This document shows positions 9,143 through 18,356 of a stretch of 33,935 bases of DNA, in pieces. How positions within the stretch are numbered: the first letter of the stretch is position 1; every line of letters begins with the position of its first letter. Under the pieces are notes generated by a model. The model did not search any database. It saw only the letters and a program-made list of their open reading frames with translations, and was not told where the DNA came from. This DNA is from an uncultured bacterium. Lineage in GTDB: Bacteria; Schekmanbacteria; GWA2-38-11; J061. Made by a program: the position numbers and the translations under genes. The stretch covers positions 18,613-52,547 of the forward strand of contig CAZJVM010000010.1 of NCBI GenBank assembly GCA_964549305.1. The letters run 5' to 3'.

Positions 9143-10138
9143 TTAAATTGCCGGGCAAAGGGGATATTCGCTCCATATGTTTTCCGTAAGCGCGTATGCC
9201 AGTGCCCTGCATCCGCCCTTGCAATCGGCTTTTTCTTTACAGCTTGCGCATCTTCCGCCAAGTTTTTTTGAGTCTAAATAATTTCCGAATTTTGAAATGT
9301 CTTTCCAGCACTGCCTGAGACCTTTTTCAGGGACACTGTTTCCTTCCTTCCAGAGTGCTGATAGCGTGCAGGGATAAAGATTGCCGTCAAAGGTTATCGT
9401 AGAGCAAAAGGAGTTTTCGTCGCCCAGTGAGCATTCCGCTGCCCTGCCGTCTTCGAGCATTGAAAGGGTAAAGCTCGAGAATTCCACTTCCCCCGGCTTT
9501 TCCCGCGAATTTATTTCGTCAACAAAAGCTTCAAGCTTTGAAAGCATTTCCGTGGGAGGTTTGAGAAGATTGTAATTAGCTATTGCACGTCCCATAGGAA
9601 TCACTTCGTCGAGATCGATTTTTTTTATTCCCATACTTTTCAGCATTTCTGTCATTGCCGGAATGTGGGCTATATTTTGGGCGGTAATAGTTGTTTTCGT
9701 GTGAAGCGAAATATCCTTTTTAAGGCAGATGTTCAGGGCATCGATGATTTTATTGAAAGATTTGCCCATCATCTTATCGTTGATGAGCGCGTTGGGACCG
9801 TTAATGCTTATTTGAATGTCGCGAAGTCCGCAACCTATGAGCTTATCGATTATTTTATCATCAATCAGAGTGCCGTTTGTGGTGAGTTCGACGGCGATAT
9901 TATTTTTTCTGAGTTTTTCTATTATTGTAAATACTTCAGGTTCGCAAAGAGGTTCACCTCCCGTTAGAATCACTTTCAGAACTTTACCCCCGATTATTTC
10001 ATCCAGTATAAAAAACCTCTCTTTCTGAGAGAGAATGGCATCTCTTCCTCTTCCGGCATCAACAAGGCAAAAGGAGCAGGAAAGATTGCATTTTTTTGTA
10101 AATGACCAGGTTACTTCAATGGGGGTTTCTAAAATCAT
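9143..10138 (-). CDS. Radical SAM/SPASM-domain protein (PqqE/MftC-like peptide maturase class)
   Basis: CNLSCSFC (CxxxCxxC), LTGGEP and TTNGT. C-terminal SPASM cysteines C..GNLYPC..CASCKEKADCKGGCR..C. Confidence 0.9.
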   Translation of the reverse strand: MILETPIEVTWSFTKKCNLSCSFCLVDAGRGRDAILSQKERFFILDEIIGGKVLKVILTGGEPLCEPEVFTIIEKLRKNNIAVELTTNGTLIDDKIIDKLIGCGLRDIQISINGPNALINDKMMGKSFNKIIDALNICLKKDISLHTKTTITAQNIAHIPAMTEMLKSMGIKKIDLDEVIPMGRAIANYNLLKPPTEMLSKLEAFVDEINSREKPGEVEFSSFTLSMLEDGRAAECSLGDENSFCSTITFDGNLYPCTLSALWKEGNSVPEKGLRQCWKDISKFGNYLDSKKLGGRCASCKEKADCKGGCRALAYALTENIWSEYPLCPAI

Positions 10139-10143
10139 TTTCG

Positions 10144-10425
10144 TTACGTTAGAGAGACAATCTTTTTTTCCGCTAAATTTTCAATGAAAGCGATTACTTC
10201 CTTTTCTATTACGGCGGAATCTCCTTCGAACTGTTTTACGGTTTCTTCCGTTATTTCCCTGACACTTAGCATTCCGTCGCATAATTGCCAGATAAGAGTG
10301 CCTGTTTCATTAAGAAGATAAGGTTCGCCTTCTTTGTCATCGAATATGACCGCTTTCCCTTTCTCCGTGCGGGACAAAATGTTGTCTCGGGGAACCGGTA
10401 TTTTCTCTGATATCTTATTTTTCAT
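10144..10425 (-). CDS. PqqD-family protein / RiPP recognition element
   Basis: 93 aa with LNETGTLIWQLCDG..SVREI and EVIAFIENLAEKKIV, the typical PqqD pattern. Confidence 0.9.
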   Translation of the reverse strand: MKNKISEKIPVPRDNILSRTEKGKAVIFDDKEGEPYLLNETGTLIWQLCDGMLSVREITEETVKQFEGDSAVIEKEVIAFIENLAEKKIVSLT

Positions 10426-11392
10426 AGGTTTTCTCTAAAAGCCCTTTTACCGCAAAGGGAATCTCTTCGAAATGTTTTTCCAAATTATATTTTATTTCAT
10501 AGAGAGGCACCCTGTCGAATATAAAATTTGCGATTTCAAAAGCGCTCCTGTTGTTTCTCCTGATTTGGGCGTTAATACCTTTTTCAATTTCATCTGGAGT
10601 CATCAATTCCGAAAGTGAAACAACGCGGTAGAGAGACGATATTTCATCAAGATGATTAATTCTCACCCTTTCAAAATCCGGGGAGTTTCTTAAAATGGCA
10701 AAAAGGCAGAGGGGGCTTTTTTTTGCTATGCAATTTCGGTTTATCTCGCGCGGGTCGAGTATATAGCCCTTTTCATAAACAGCTTCATATTGTTTTACGT
10801 TATAGGATTTCAGGAATTGTTTTCCTTCAATACTTTTCGCGAAACTTTCTCCAAGTCGGAGGTTTCTCGGGAAGGAGAGTATATGAGGTGTTTCGCCTTC
10901 TATCTCAACAAGTGAATCTTCGTCGGAAAGATAGGAAAATCCCTCTTTTATGAAAGACGCGGAAATCGTTGTTTTCCCCGCTCCTGAGTCGCCGGATAAA
11001 AGCGCGCCCCTGCCGAAAAGCGCTACTGATGCTGAATGAAGCGATGCCGCGCGCCTGCGAGATGAAATGACGTATCGCGCGAGATATCCTATTAGCGACA
11101 GGGTCACAAGCACTGCGTCGTCGCGCGAGAATTTATCCCTGCCTGTGACGATTCCTGAAAGGTTGTTTAAATCGGCGTGACTGTAGATTGTGTCGGTAAT
11201 CTGTTCGTGTTTTTTTATACTTTGCTTTGCTCGGGAAGAAGATTCAGTTGATTGAAAATGTACCGAAACTTCGGGAGTCGAAGGTTTTGATTCAAATTCC
11301 CTGATTTCTTCTTTAACGCACCGGGCAACTGTCGCGGAATCAGAGCGAAGTCTGACTATGATGCCGTGCATATTGAAAAAAAATTCTTTCAT
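10415..11392 (-). CDS. HPr kinase-related P-loop kinase
   Basis: LHSASV, Walker A GDSGAGKTT and YLSDED. Lacks the HprK N-terminal domain and overlaps the PqqD start by 11 nt. Confidence 0.8.
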   Translation of the reverse strand: MKEFFFNMHGIIVRLRSDSATVARCVKEEIREFESKPSTPEVSVHFQSTESSSRAKQSIKKHEQITDTIYSHADLNNLSGIVTGRDKFSRDDAVLVTLSLIGYLARYVISSRRRAASLHSASVALFGRGALLSGDSGAGKTTISASFIKEGFSYLSDEDSLVEIEGETPHILSFPRNLRLGESFAKSIEGKQFLKSYNVKQYEAVYEKGYILDPREINRNCIAKKSPLCLFAILRNSPDFERVRINHLDEISSLYRVVSLSELMTPDEIEKGINAQIRRNNRSAFEIANFIFDRVPLYEIKYNLEKHFEEIPFAVKGLLEKTYEK

Positions 11393-11492
11393 TTATTGCC
11401 TCATTTGAATTTGTATATTGAGATATATACCAGTATCAGGTTAACTTGTCAGGTAATTAGAATTAACTTTTAAGTGCTGTGTTTTTCTTCTT

Positions 11493-12665
11493 ATGAAAAC
11501 TTTTTTCATAGAAAAGGGGAGTCCCGAATATTCCTTTTTAATGGGCGCGCTCAGAGGTTTTATGCGTCATAACGATTCAGAGGAATACGGCAGGCGCGCG
11601 GGAGAATTGAACTGGCAGGGGATAATCGATGAAGCCGATATGCTCGATGTTTTCCCTTTCCTTTACGGGGCGATTGCGAATTCTCCTTTTAAAAATGACG
11701 TGCCCGCGCACCTTTTTTTAATGATTGAAAAGGAATATTACGCCAATCTGTCAAGGAATCTCCGGCTTTTAAAGGAAGCGAAACAAATTGCGCAAAGTGC
11801 CGGGGATGAAGGCGCGCGACCGCTTCTTCTTGGCGGAATATCTCTTCTGGGCTCGGTTTATGAGGATTACGGATTAAGGCATATCGGCGATATTGATATG
11901 CTGGTCAGCGACAAGGACAAAAATAAAGTTTTTCGAATTCTCCGAAAAAAAGGATATTCCCCCTTCGGAAAATACGCGGATTCCTTTTGCCGCGATGATA
12001 TTTCCATTGATATTAAAACAGATATAATAAGCGCCGGGAGAATTGCTTCAAGAAAGGCGGTTTTCCCCGTAAGTGACAGCTTTTGTTTTGAGGGGAGATT
12101 GTCACACTGTGAAATAAAGGAAGCGGACATTCTCGCCGCGCCGTGGCAGTTGATTGAATCTTCCCTTCACCTTTTCAAGCATTCCTTCTCGAGAATTATG
12201 TGGAGTATCGATATTGCCGCGATTATAAGAAAATATTCCTGCGAAGAATTTTATTCCCGCGTAATATCACTTGCGGAGTCAAACGGTGTGCATCTGCCTC
12301 TCTATTACTGCCTTAAATACGCTGACGATCTTAGGCTTGCAAAGGTTGATGGGGAAGTGCTTGAAACCCTGAAGCGCGGTTTTAGGGAAAAGTGGTTTGG
12401 AAGAAGGATTTATTCCATGCTTTCTGAAGGCAGGGGCGCGGAGCAGATATCGGAAATTCTCGCAATGCAGGTTAAATGCGGAATTTCTGCAAAGTTCAAA
12501 TTTTTCTTTGAATCGTTGTTTCCGCGAAAAAGAATAATGAAGGGAATCTATCCGAAATGTCCCGTTTCTATTATTTATGCCGCCTATATTCCGCGATTCT
12601 TTTCAATGTTGATTAAATTTTTTTCACTTTCCCTTCGCGCTGCGACCCATCGAAAAGGCGGATAA
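11493..12665 (+). CDS. Uncharacterised nucleotidyltransferase (NTP_transf_5-like)
   Basis: Helical N-terminus (LNWQGIIDEA..VFPFLY), Y...RN, and the catalytic-type motif GISLLGSVYEDYGLRHIGDIDMLV. Confidence 0.8.
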   Translation: MKTFFIEKGSPEYSFLMGALRGFMRHNDSEEYGRRAGELNWQGIIDEADMLDVFPFLYGAIANSPFKNDVPAHLFLMIEKEYYANLSRNLRLLKEAKQIAQSAGDEGARPLLLGGISLLGSVYEDYGLRHIGDIDMLVSDKDKNKVFRILRKKGYSPFGKYADSFCRDDISIDIKTDIISAGRIASRKAVFPVSDSFCFEGRLSHCEIKEADILAAPWQLIESSLHLFKHSFSRIMWSIDIAAIIRKYSCEEFYSRVISLAESNGVHLPLYYCLKYADDLRLAKVDGEVLETLKRGFREKWFGRRIYSMLSEGRGAEQISEILAMQVKCGISAKFKFFFESLFPRKRIMKGIYPKCPVSIIYAAYIPRFFSMLIKFFSLSLRAATHRKGG

Positions 12666-12681
12666 AATTTCTTTTTGGCTT

Positions 12682-13959
12682 TCAGGAAATTTTGTCGAGG
12701 GCTTTCCTGCCGATGTCTTTTCTGAAATGCATATCCTTGAAGCGTATTTTCGAAACCGCGTCATAAGCTTTGTCTATGGCATCGGGTATGGAATTTCCCA
12801 GCGCTGTTACGCCGAGCACTCTTCCGCCTGATGTGAGATATCTGCCTGAATCTGATTTCGTACCGGCATGAAATACCTTTACGCCTTCAATCTTTTCCGC
12901 CTCGCCAAGCCCTTCTATCTCTTTTCCCTTTTCGTATTTTTCCGGATATCCTCCCGATGCAAGGACTACGCAGACCGATGATTCCTCCTTCCATAGAGGG
13001 GTAACCTCAGATGCCTTTCCGTCTATGCACGCTTCAATGATGTCCATGATATCGCTTTCAAGGCGCATAAGCACCGGTTGCGCTTCAGGGTCGCCGAAAC
13101 GCACATTGAATTCGAGCACCGAGGGTTCGCCGTCTTTAATCATAAGCCCCGCGTAGAGTATTCCCCTGAAAGGCGCGCCTTCGGAGTTCATTCCCCATAT
13201 TACAGGTTTTATGACTGAGTCTGTTATACGTTTTTCAACGTCTTTGGTTACTACGGGCGCGGGGGAATAGGCACCCATACCGCCCGTATTAAGCCCCATA
13301 TCGTTGTCAAGCGCCCTTTTGTGGTCCTGTGATGAAGGCATTGGGATTATGTTTTCCCCGTCGCTGAAGACAAGAAAAGACGCTTCTTCTCCCTGAAGAA
13401 ATTCTTCGATTAGTATCTTGTTCCCCGCGTCGCCGAATTCTCTGGTTTCCATTGTTTTTGACAGGGCATCTTTAATTTCATCTCTGCTGTTGCAAATCAA
13501 AACACCTTTTCCCGCGGCAAGTCCGTCCGCCTTTACGACGCAGGGAAGTGAGATTTTACAGGCAAAGTCCATTGCATCGTTTATGTTGTCAAAGCTTTCA
13601 TATTTTGCCGTGGGTATATTGTGTCTTTTCATAAATTCTTTAGAAAATAGTTTGCTGCTTTCAAGCTGTGCCGCTTTTTGGGAAGGACCGAAAACCCGAA
13701 TGTTTTTTTCTTCCATAGCATCGACGATTCCGAGAGACAGAGGAACTTCAGGTCCCACGACAACAATGTCTATTTCGTTTTTCAGAGTAAATTCCGTCAG
13801 TTCGTTTATGGCTGAAGCATCGATGCTTACGCATTCGGCTTCCTTTGAAATACCGCCGTTTCCCGGCGCGCAAAAAACCTTTGATACCCGCTTTGAGCGG
13901 GATATTTTCCATACAAGAGCGTGTTCTCTTCCTCCGGAACCTACAACAAGTACCTTCAT
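12682..13959 (-). CDS. purD: Phosphoribosylamine-glycine ligase
   Basis: MKVLVVGSGGREHAL, KADGLAAGKGV, NTGGMGAYSP and EFNVRFGDPE. Confidence 0.98.
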   Translation of the reverse strand: MKVLVVGSGGREHALVWKISRSKRVSKVFCAPGNGGISKEAECVSIDASAINELTEFTLKNEIDIVVVGPEVPLSLGIVDAMEEKNIRVFGPSQKAAQLESSKLFSKEFMKRHNIPTAKYESFDNINDAMDFACKISLPCVVKADGLAAGKGVLICNSRDEIKDALSKTMETREFGDAGNKILIEEFLQGEEASFLVFSDGENIIPMPSSQDHKRALDNDMGLNTGGMGAYSPAPVVTKDVEKRITDSVIKPVIWGMNSEGAPFRGILYAGLMIKDGEPSVLEFNVRFGDPEAQPVLMRLESDIMDIIEACIDGKASEVTPLWKEESSVCVVLASGGYPEKYEKGKEIEGLGEAEKIEGVKVFHAGTKSDSGRYLTSGGRVLGVTALGNSIPDAIDKAYDAVSKIRFKDMHFRKDIGRKALDKIS

Positions 13960-14098
13960 AGTATAATTTTCCTCCGGTCTTTATTATTCATTTATGAAGC
14001 GAATACAAAAATTTGTCGGCAAAGAAGCTTGTTTTTTTTATAACTGAAAATTATATTGTTATCAACAGGTTATATTTTTACCTTGCGAGGTGCTAAAA

Positions 14099-14800
14099 AT
14101 GGGAATAATAACGTTTTCCAAGGAGTTTGCCAGCGGTGGAAGAGAAGTTGGCGAAAATGTGGCAAAGAAGCTGTTTTTTTCCTATTTTGACAGAGAAATC
14201 GTCAAGCAGGTTGCCCTGAAATCAAAAGTGCCCGAAATTGCTGTGCAGGAATATGACCAGGATATGTACAATCCAATGCGCGTTTTTTTCTCCCGTGTAA
14301 TGGACCCCGTATTAAGCAGCAGCAGATACAAAAGCCTTGCCATTCCCGCGGGAAGCGAATCTGCTAAAAAGAAAAACCGGAAAAGGTTCAAGCCCTATGA
14401 GTGTGAAGTTGATGGCTGGCTTGACAGCGACATTTTCAAGGAAATGATAGAGTCTTTCATACTGGAAATTGCAGATAAAGAAGATGCCGTTATCGTTGGC
14501 AGAGGCGCGCAATGCATACTTAAAGGCGTAGCAGGAGTTTTTCACGTGAGAATAGTTTCTCCCGTAGATTACAGGGTCGAAAGGGCGGTTAGGGAGAAAA
14601 GGATTATGCCCGGGGACGCAAAAAAGACAATCCTTGATATTGACAGGAGAAGAAGAGCATATATTAAAAACAACTATGATTATGATTGGGAAGACCCTCT
14701 TCTATACCACCTGATAATCAATACAGGCTGTATCGACTTGCAGAGTGCGACAGATATTATAGTCGATGCCTACGGGAAATATTCTTCTATGAGGAATTAA
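14099..14800 (+). CDS. Cytidylate kinase-like family protein; likely start ATG 14099
   Basis: IITFSKEFASGGREVG, VIVGRGAQCIL and DPLLYHLIINT. GAGGTG SD precedes the ATG. Confidence 0.8.
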   Translation: MGIITFSKEFASGGREVGENVAKKLFFSYFDREIVKQVALKSKVPEIAVQEYDQDMYNPMRVFFSRVMDPVLSSSRYKSLAIPAGSESAKKKNRKRFKPYECEVDGWLDSDIFKEMIESFILEIADKEDAVIVGRGAQCILKGVAGVFHVRIVSPVDYRVERAVREKRIMPGDAKKTILDIDRRRRAYIKNNYDYDWEDPLLYHLIINTGCIDLQSATDIIVDAYGKYSSMRN

Positions 14801-16071
14801 CCCTTTGCTCCCTTCTTTGATGCTCTCAAAATCAAATATGTAATGAGGACGCCTCCTATGAAAGCGATAATGAATATCACTATTATAGGGACCTCTTCGT
14901 GGGAAGTTTCAATCTCGGCACTGTTGTGCGTGTTACTTGCCATTTCGACTTCCATTGTCTTGAGGGAGATTACGGGAGTCTGCATCTGATACTTCAGGAT
15001 ATTTTCGACCTTGTATTTTTTCAAACCCGAGGGCTTCTTGAATTCAAATGTTTCCTTTCTTGCTTCTTTCGGGGCGATTCTGTTGTCGCTTAAAACCCTT
15101 GCCGCATAGAAAAAGATATCCTTTATGTTCTCGAGTTCTTTTCCCGCTTCGTCAACGAGGACTTTTCTGTATGCACGGGACTGACTCGACACTACTTCGT
15201 TTTTTTCGTTTAAAAGATTTACTTCAAGTATGATTTTTCTTGAAGGTATTCCGGTGGGAATTTTATGTCCCGACTCCCTGTTGAATACGGTGGTGTTTAC
15301 TATGATTTTATCTCCGTTGTCTTCAATTTTTGACGAGATTGTGGCTGCTTTATTGAGCTTAATCTGTGAATGTCCTCCGAAAACGGAATGGTCTTTTGCA
15401 AAATTGTTTGTTTTCTTTACATCGGGATTTACATCGTTAACACCGAACATTTCCGGCATATGGCAATTCTGACACTTTATACCTTCCTTGCTGTATGAGC
15501 TTTCCTTCCATTCTGAGTAAGTGCCGAGAATCGTTACGCCGTTTTTCCCCTTCATTTCGTGGCAGGAACCGCATATTTTAGCAGTTTTATGGACTTCAGA
15601 TTCTTTTATTTTATGCGCGGGCGAAGATATGTTGTCGAAAGGTCCTCTCATTACATTGCCCGGGTCATTCGATATGGTAGGAATTGCCGTCTCCATATTG
15701 ACATTGGTAATTGTATGGCAGAACGTGCAGGTAATACCTTCCGATGATATATCCGCTTTTAATTCGTAATCTTCCGTTCTTCTCGTTGTGGGACTGTGGC
15801 ACTGAAGGCAGAATTTCCTTGCCTCATCGCCCTTGTCTTTTATCGCTTCCATAAAAGAAACTTCAAAAATCGGGTCTGAAATCGCCGCCGCGTGCATCGA
15901 GGCATTCCAGTTTTTGTAAATATCTGTGTGGCAGTTTTTACAAATATTGCTCGATGTAAAATCCAGACGGTTTACTTTTAAATTCACTGCCTCTGAAATA
16001 AAAGAAAAAGAAGTGATAAAAAATAAAATGCTGAAGAAAACTGCATTTACCCCCCCCCTGCTACGGAACAT
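14797..16071 (-). CDS. Membrane-anchored pentaheme c-type cytochrome
   Basis: Five CxxCH motifs (CKNCH, CLQCH, CTFCH, CGSCH, CQNCH), N-terminal signal peptide, GHKIPTG motif, C-terminal TM helix with basic tail, AAGGAGG SD. Confidence 0.88.
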   Translation of the reverse strand: MFRSRGGVNAVFFSILFFITSFSFISEAVNLKVNRLDFTSSNICKNCHTDIYKNWNASMHAAAISDPIFEVSFMEAIKDKGDEARKFCLQCHSPTTRRTEDYELKADISSEGITCTFCHTITNVNMETAIPTISNDPGNVMRGPFDNISSPAHKIKESEVHKTAKICGSCHEMKGKNGVTILGTYSEWKESSYSKEGIKCQNCHMPEMFGVNDVNPDVKKTNNFAKDHSVFGGHSQIKLNKAATISSKIEDNGDKIIVNTTVFNRESGHKIPTGIPSRKIILEVNLLNEKNEVVSSQSRAYRKVLVDEAGKELENIKDIFFYAARVLSDNRIAPKEARKETFEFKKPSGLKKYKVENILKYQMQTPVISLKTMEVEMASNTHNSAEIETSHEEVPIIVIFIIAFIGGVLITYLILRASKKGAKG

Positions 16072-16290
16072 ATTAACCCTCCTTATCCGAAAAGGAATAG
16101 ATGATTTTAATATAATTCTGCTTTTGAAAAAAATGTAGTAAATGTAGTTGCAAAAATGTAAATAACAGATAACAGATTTTAAGCCAATTTGTCAATTTTT
16201 GCTTTAATCATTGCTGAAAGTGACAATGTTTATTTTCTTATGTATTAGAAATATATCGTAAAAACAATGCCTTATATTTTTTTTAAAAAA

Positions 16291-16306
16291 TGGCATAAAA
16301 ATTGCT
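16291..16306 (+). promoter_or_regulatory. Sigma54 (-24/-12) promoter for the cytochrome c3 gene
   Basis: TGGCAT-AAAAA-TTGCT matches TGGCAC-N5-TTGCW with exact GG-N10-GC spacing, about 95 nt upstream of the ATG. Confidence 0.75.
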
Positions 16307-16401
16307 TTATCTGTAAGATGAGACTTTTTAAGTTTTTTAATCTGTACAATTTTGACACTTAAATGTTATAAAACCACAGTAAAGAGGAGGTGAGAAAAGA
16401 G

Positions 16402-16809
16402 ATGAAGAAAATCAGCTTGTTAATCGTAGCAGTTGTATCGATGTTTGCAATGTCAGTGACTTTTGGCGTTTTTGCTGAGGATTTTCAAATTCCTGAAAAG
16501 ATAACGATTGATATCGTACAGGAAAAGAAACCTGCTGTTGTATTCCCTCACAAAGAACATATTGACAGGAAAACAGAATGTACAATTTGTCATCACAAGA
16601 GAGAAGGCGAAGCAAAACCGAGAAAATGTGAAACTTGTCACGACAAGACAAAGGATGACGGAAAGAAGATTGCAATCAAGGGAAATCCTCCTACAAGTTC
16701 AAAGAGGGGTATTTTCCATGTAAGATGCATCACCTGCCATAAGGCAGAAAAGAAGAAAAATCCGTCAACAAAGGCACCTACAGTATGTACAAAATGCCAT
16801 AAGAAGTAA
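16402..16809 (+). CDS. Class III tetraheme cytochrome c3; start ATG 16402
   Basis: Sec signal ending VFA, FPHKEH distal His ligands, CTICHH, CETCH, CITCH and CTKCH. AGGAGGT SD at 16385-16391. Confidence 0.9.
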   Translation: MKKISLLIVAVVSMFAMSVTFGVFAEDFQIPEKITIDIVQEKKPAVVFPHKEHIDRKTECTICHHKREGEAKPRKCETCHDKTKDDGKKIAIKGNPPTSSKRGIFHVRCITCHKAEKKKNPSTKAPTVCTKCHKK

Positions 16810-16842
16810 TTTTTCCGGAGATTCCGGATAGCATATTATAGC

Positions 16843-16878
16843 GAGGGAGAGAAAGTGATTTTCTCTCCCTCAAGTTTT
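16843..16878 (+). terminator. Stem-loop (terminator/attenuator) between cytochrome c3 and resB
   Basis: GAGGGAGAGAAA-GTGAT-TTTCTCTCCCTC 12-bp stem followed by AAGTTTT. Confidence 0.65.
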
Positions 16879-16904
16879 AAAAAGTAATTACACTGGATGG
16901 CAAT

Positions 16905-18356
16905 ATGAAAAACGAAAAAAAAAGAAATTCACTCATAGATTTCTTGAGCTCATTGCGTTTGGCGATATACCTTCTCATTATACTTGCGCTTGCTTCGATA
17001 ATAGGGACTGTCATTCAGCAGGAAGGGACTGAATCACAACAGAAGATAATAGTTAATCTCGGATATAACACCGCTGAAATACTCACTTTTTTCAAGATTA
17101 TTGACAAACCGGAATCAATGGACGAGATTTTTGAACTGGGTACGAAAACATATAATATTTTTGATAAAGCCCAGCTTTTCGATATGTATCACTCCTGGTG
17201 GTTTATTGCAGTGATGACGCTATTCTCTATCAATTTGTTTCTATGCAGTATTAAGAGGATTCCCAATGCGTGGAAATTTTTCAGTACCCCGTCATTTAAC
17301 CCCTCTTCGGGAAAATTAATCAAAAAAATTGAAATTACGGGAAATTCCGCGGAATCCACATTTCAAAGCGTAAAAGAGTTGCTTTCCAAAAAATACGGAA
17401 ATCCCGTTGAAAAAGGCGGAGAGGGTGAAAAGATTTATCTCTTTCAAAAAGGCACGATAGGACGGCTTGGAGTATATATAACCCATTTGAGCATTTTTAT
17501 AATTTTTACCGGCGCAATAATAGGATCATTTTGGGGATTCAAAGGTTATGTGAGTCTCCTTGAGGGAGAGCAAACTTCTACCTACTGGGATTCGAAACAA
17601 AAGAAAGAAGTGCCTCTCGGTTTTGACATTAAGTGCGAAAATGCCTATGTGGAATACTATAACAATGTTCGCACAGGAATGCCGAAGGATTGGCGAAGCG
17701 ATCTTTTGATTTTAAAGAATGGTGAGATAATTAAGAAGAAAACCATAGAGGTGAATGACCCTCTGGAATATAACGATATAGCTTTTTATCAGTCAAGTTT
17801 TGGAGAGGGCGGAGTTAAAAAGCTTATTTTAAATGTTAAGCCAAATGACGGCACAGTTCCTTTTAAGGTGGAATTGGACTCTCAGGATGAAACACCGATA
17901 GATGATAAGACGACTGTGAGGCTTTTGAAATTTATCCCCGATTTTGTAATTTCGGGAGGTGAAATATTTTCAAAATCAGATGAGCTGGTCAACCCTGCTG
18001 TTCAGATTGAGCTTAAAAGCGGAGAAGAAAAAAAGACACAGTGGCTATTTCAGAAGTATCCCGATTTTCATTCCGCGGAAAAAGGGGATTACAAAATACT
18101 TCTTGCATCGGTTGTCCCAAAAAACAGAACCGGACTGCAGGTGGCAAAAGACCCTGGAGTCAATGTTGTCTGGCTTGGATGCGTGATTATGCTTATAGGG
18201 CTTTATATTTCGTTTTTTATTCCTCATAAGAGAATATGGGTTAAAGCGGCAGATTCGATGATTGAAATAACGGGCAATGTGTCAAAGAACAAGCCCTCAT
18301 TTGAAAATGAAACAGGTATCCTTGCTGATGAAATTGAAAGGAGCATAAAATGTTAA
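16905..18356 (+). CDS. resB: Cytochrome c biogenesis protein ResB/CcsB (System II)
   Basis: LSSLRLAI..IGTVIQQ, DMYHSWWF, YITHLS, IEVNDPL and GLQVAKDPG. Confidence 0.92.
   Translation: MKNEKKRNSLIDFLSSLRLAIYLLIILALASIIGTVIQQEGTESQQKIIVNLGYNTAEILTFFKIIDKPESMDEIFELGTKTYNIFDKAQLFDMYHSWWFIAVMTLFSINLFLCSIKRIPNAWKFFSTPSFNPSSGKLIKKIEITGNSAESTFQSVKELLSKKYGNPVEKGGEGEKIYLFQKGTIGRLGVYITHLSIFIIFTGAIIGSFWGFKGYVSLLEGEQTSTYWDSKQKKEVPLGFDIKCENAYVEYYNNVRTGMPKDWRSDLLILKNGEIIKKKTIEVNDPLEYNDIAFYQSSFGEGGVKKLILNVKPNDGTVPFKVELDSQDETPIDDKTTVRLLKFIPDFVISGGEIFSKSDELVNPAVQIELKSGEEKKTQWLFQKYPDFHSAEKGDYKILLASVVPKNRTGLQVAKDPGVNVVWLGCVIMLIGLYISFFIPHKRIWVKAADSMIEITGNVSKNKPSFENETGILADEIERSIKC

Noticed and set aside
8912-12665. 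Lasso peptide, PQQ or mycofactocin cluster
   Set aside because: No asparagine-synthetase-like cyclase or transglutaminase-like peptidase, and no pqqB/C. The peptide lacks ExxxY and IDGMCGVY.
14797-14900. PEP-CTERM sorting signal on the pentaheme cytochrome
   Set aside because: A TM helix and basic tail are present, but the motif is EEVPII rather than VPEP; treated as a simple anchor.
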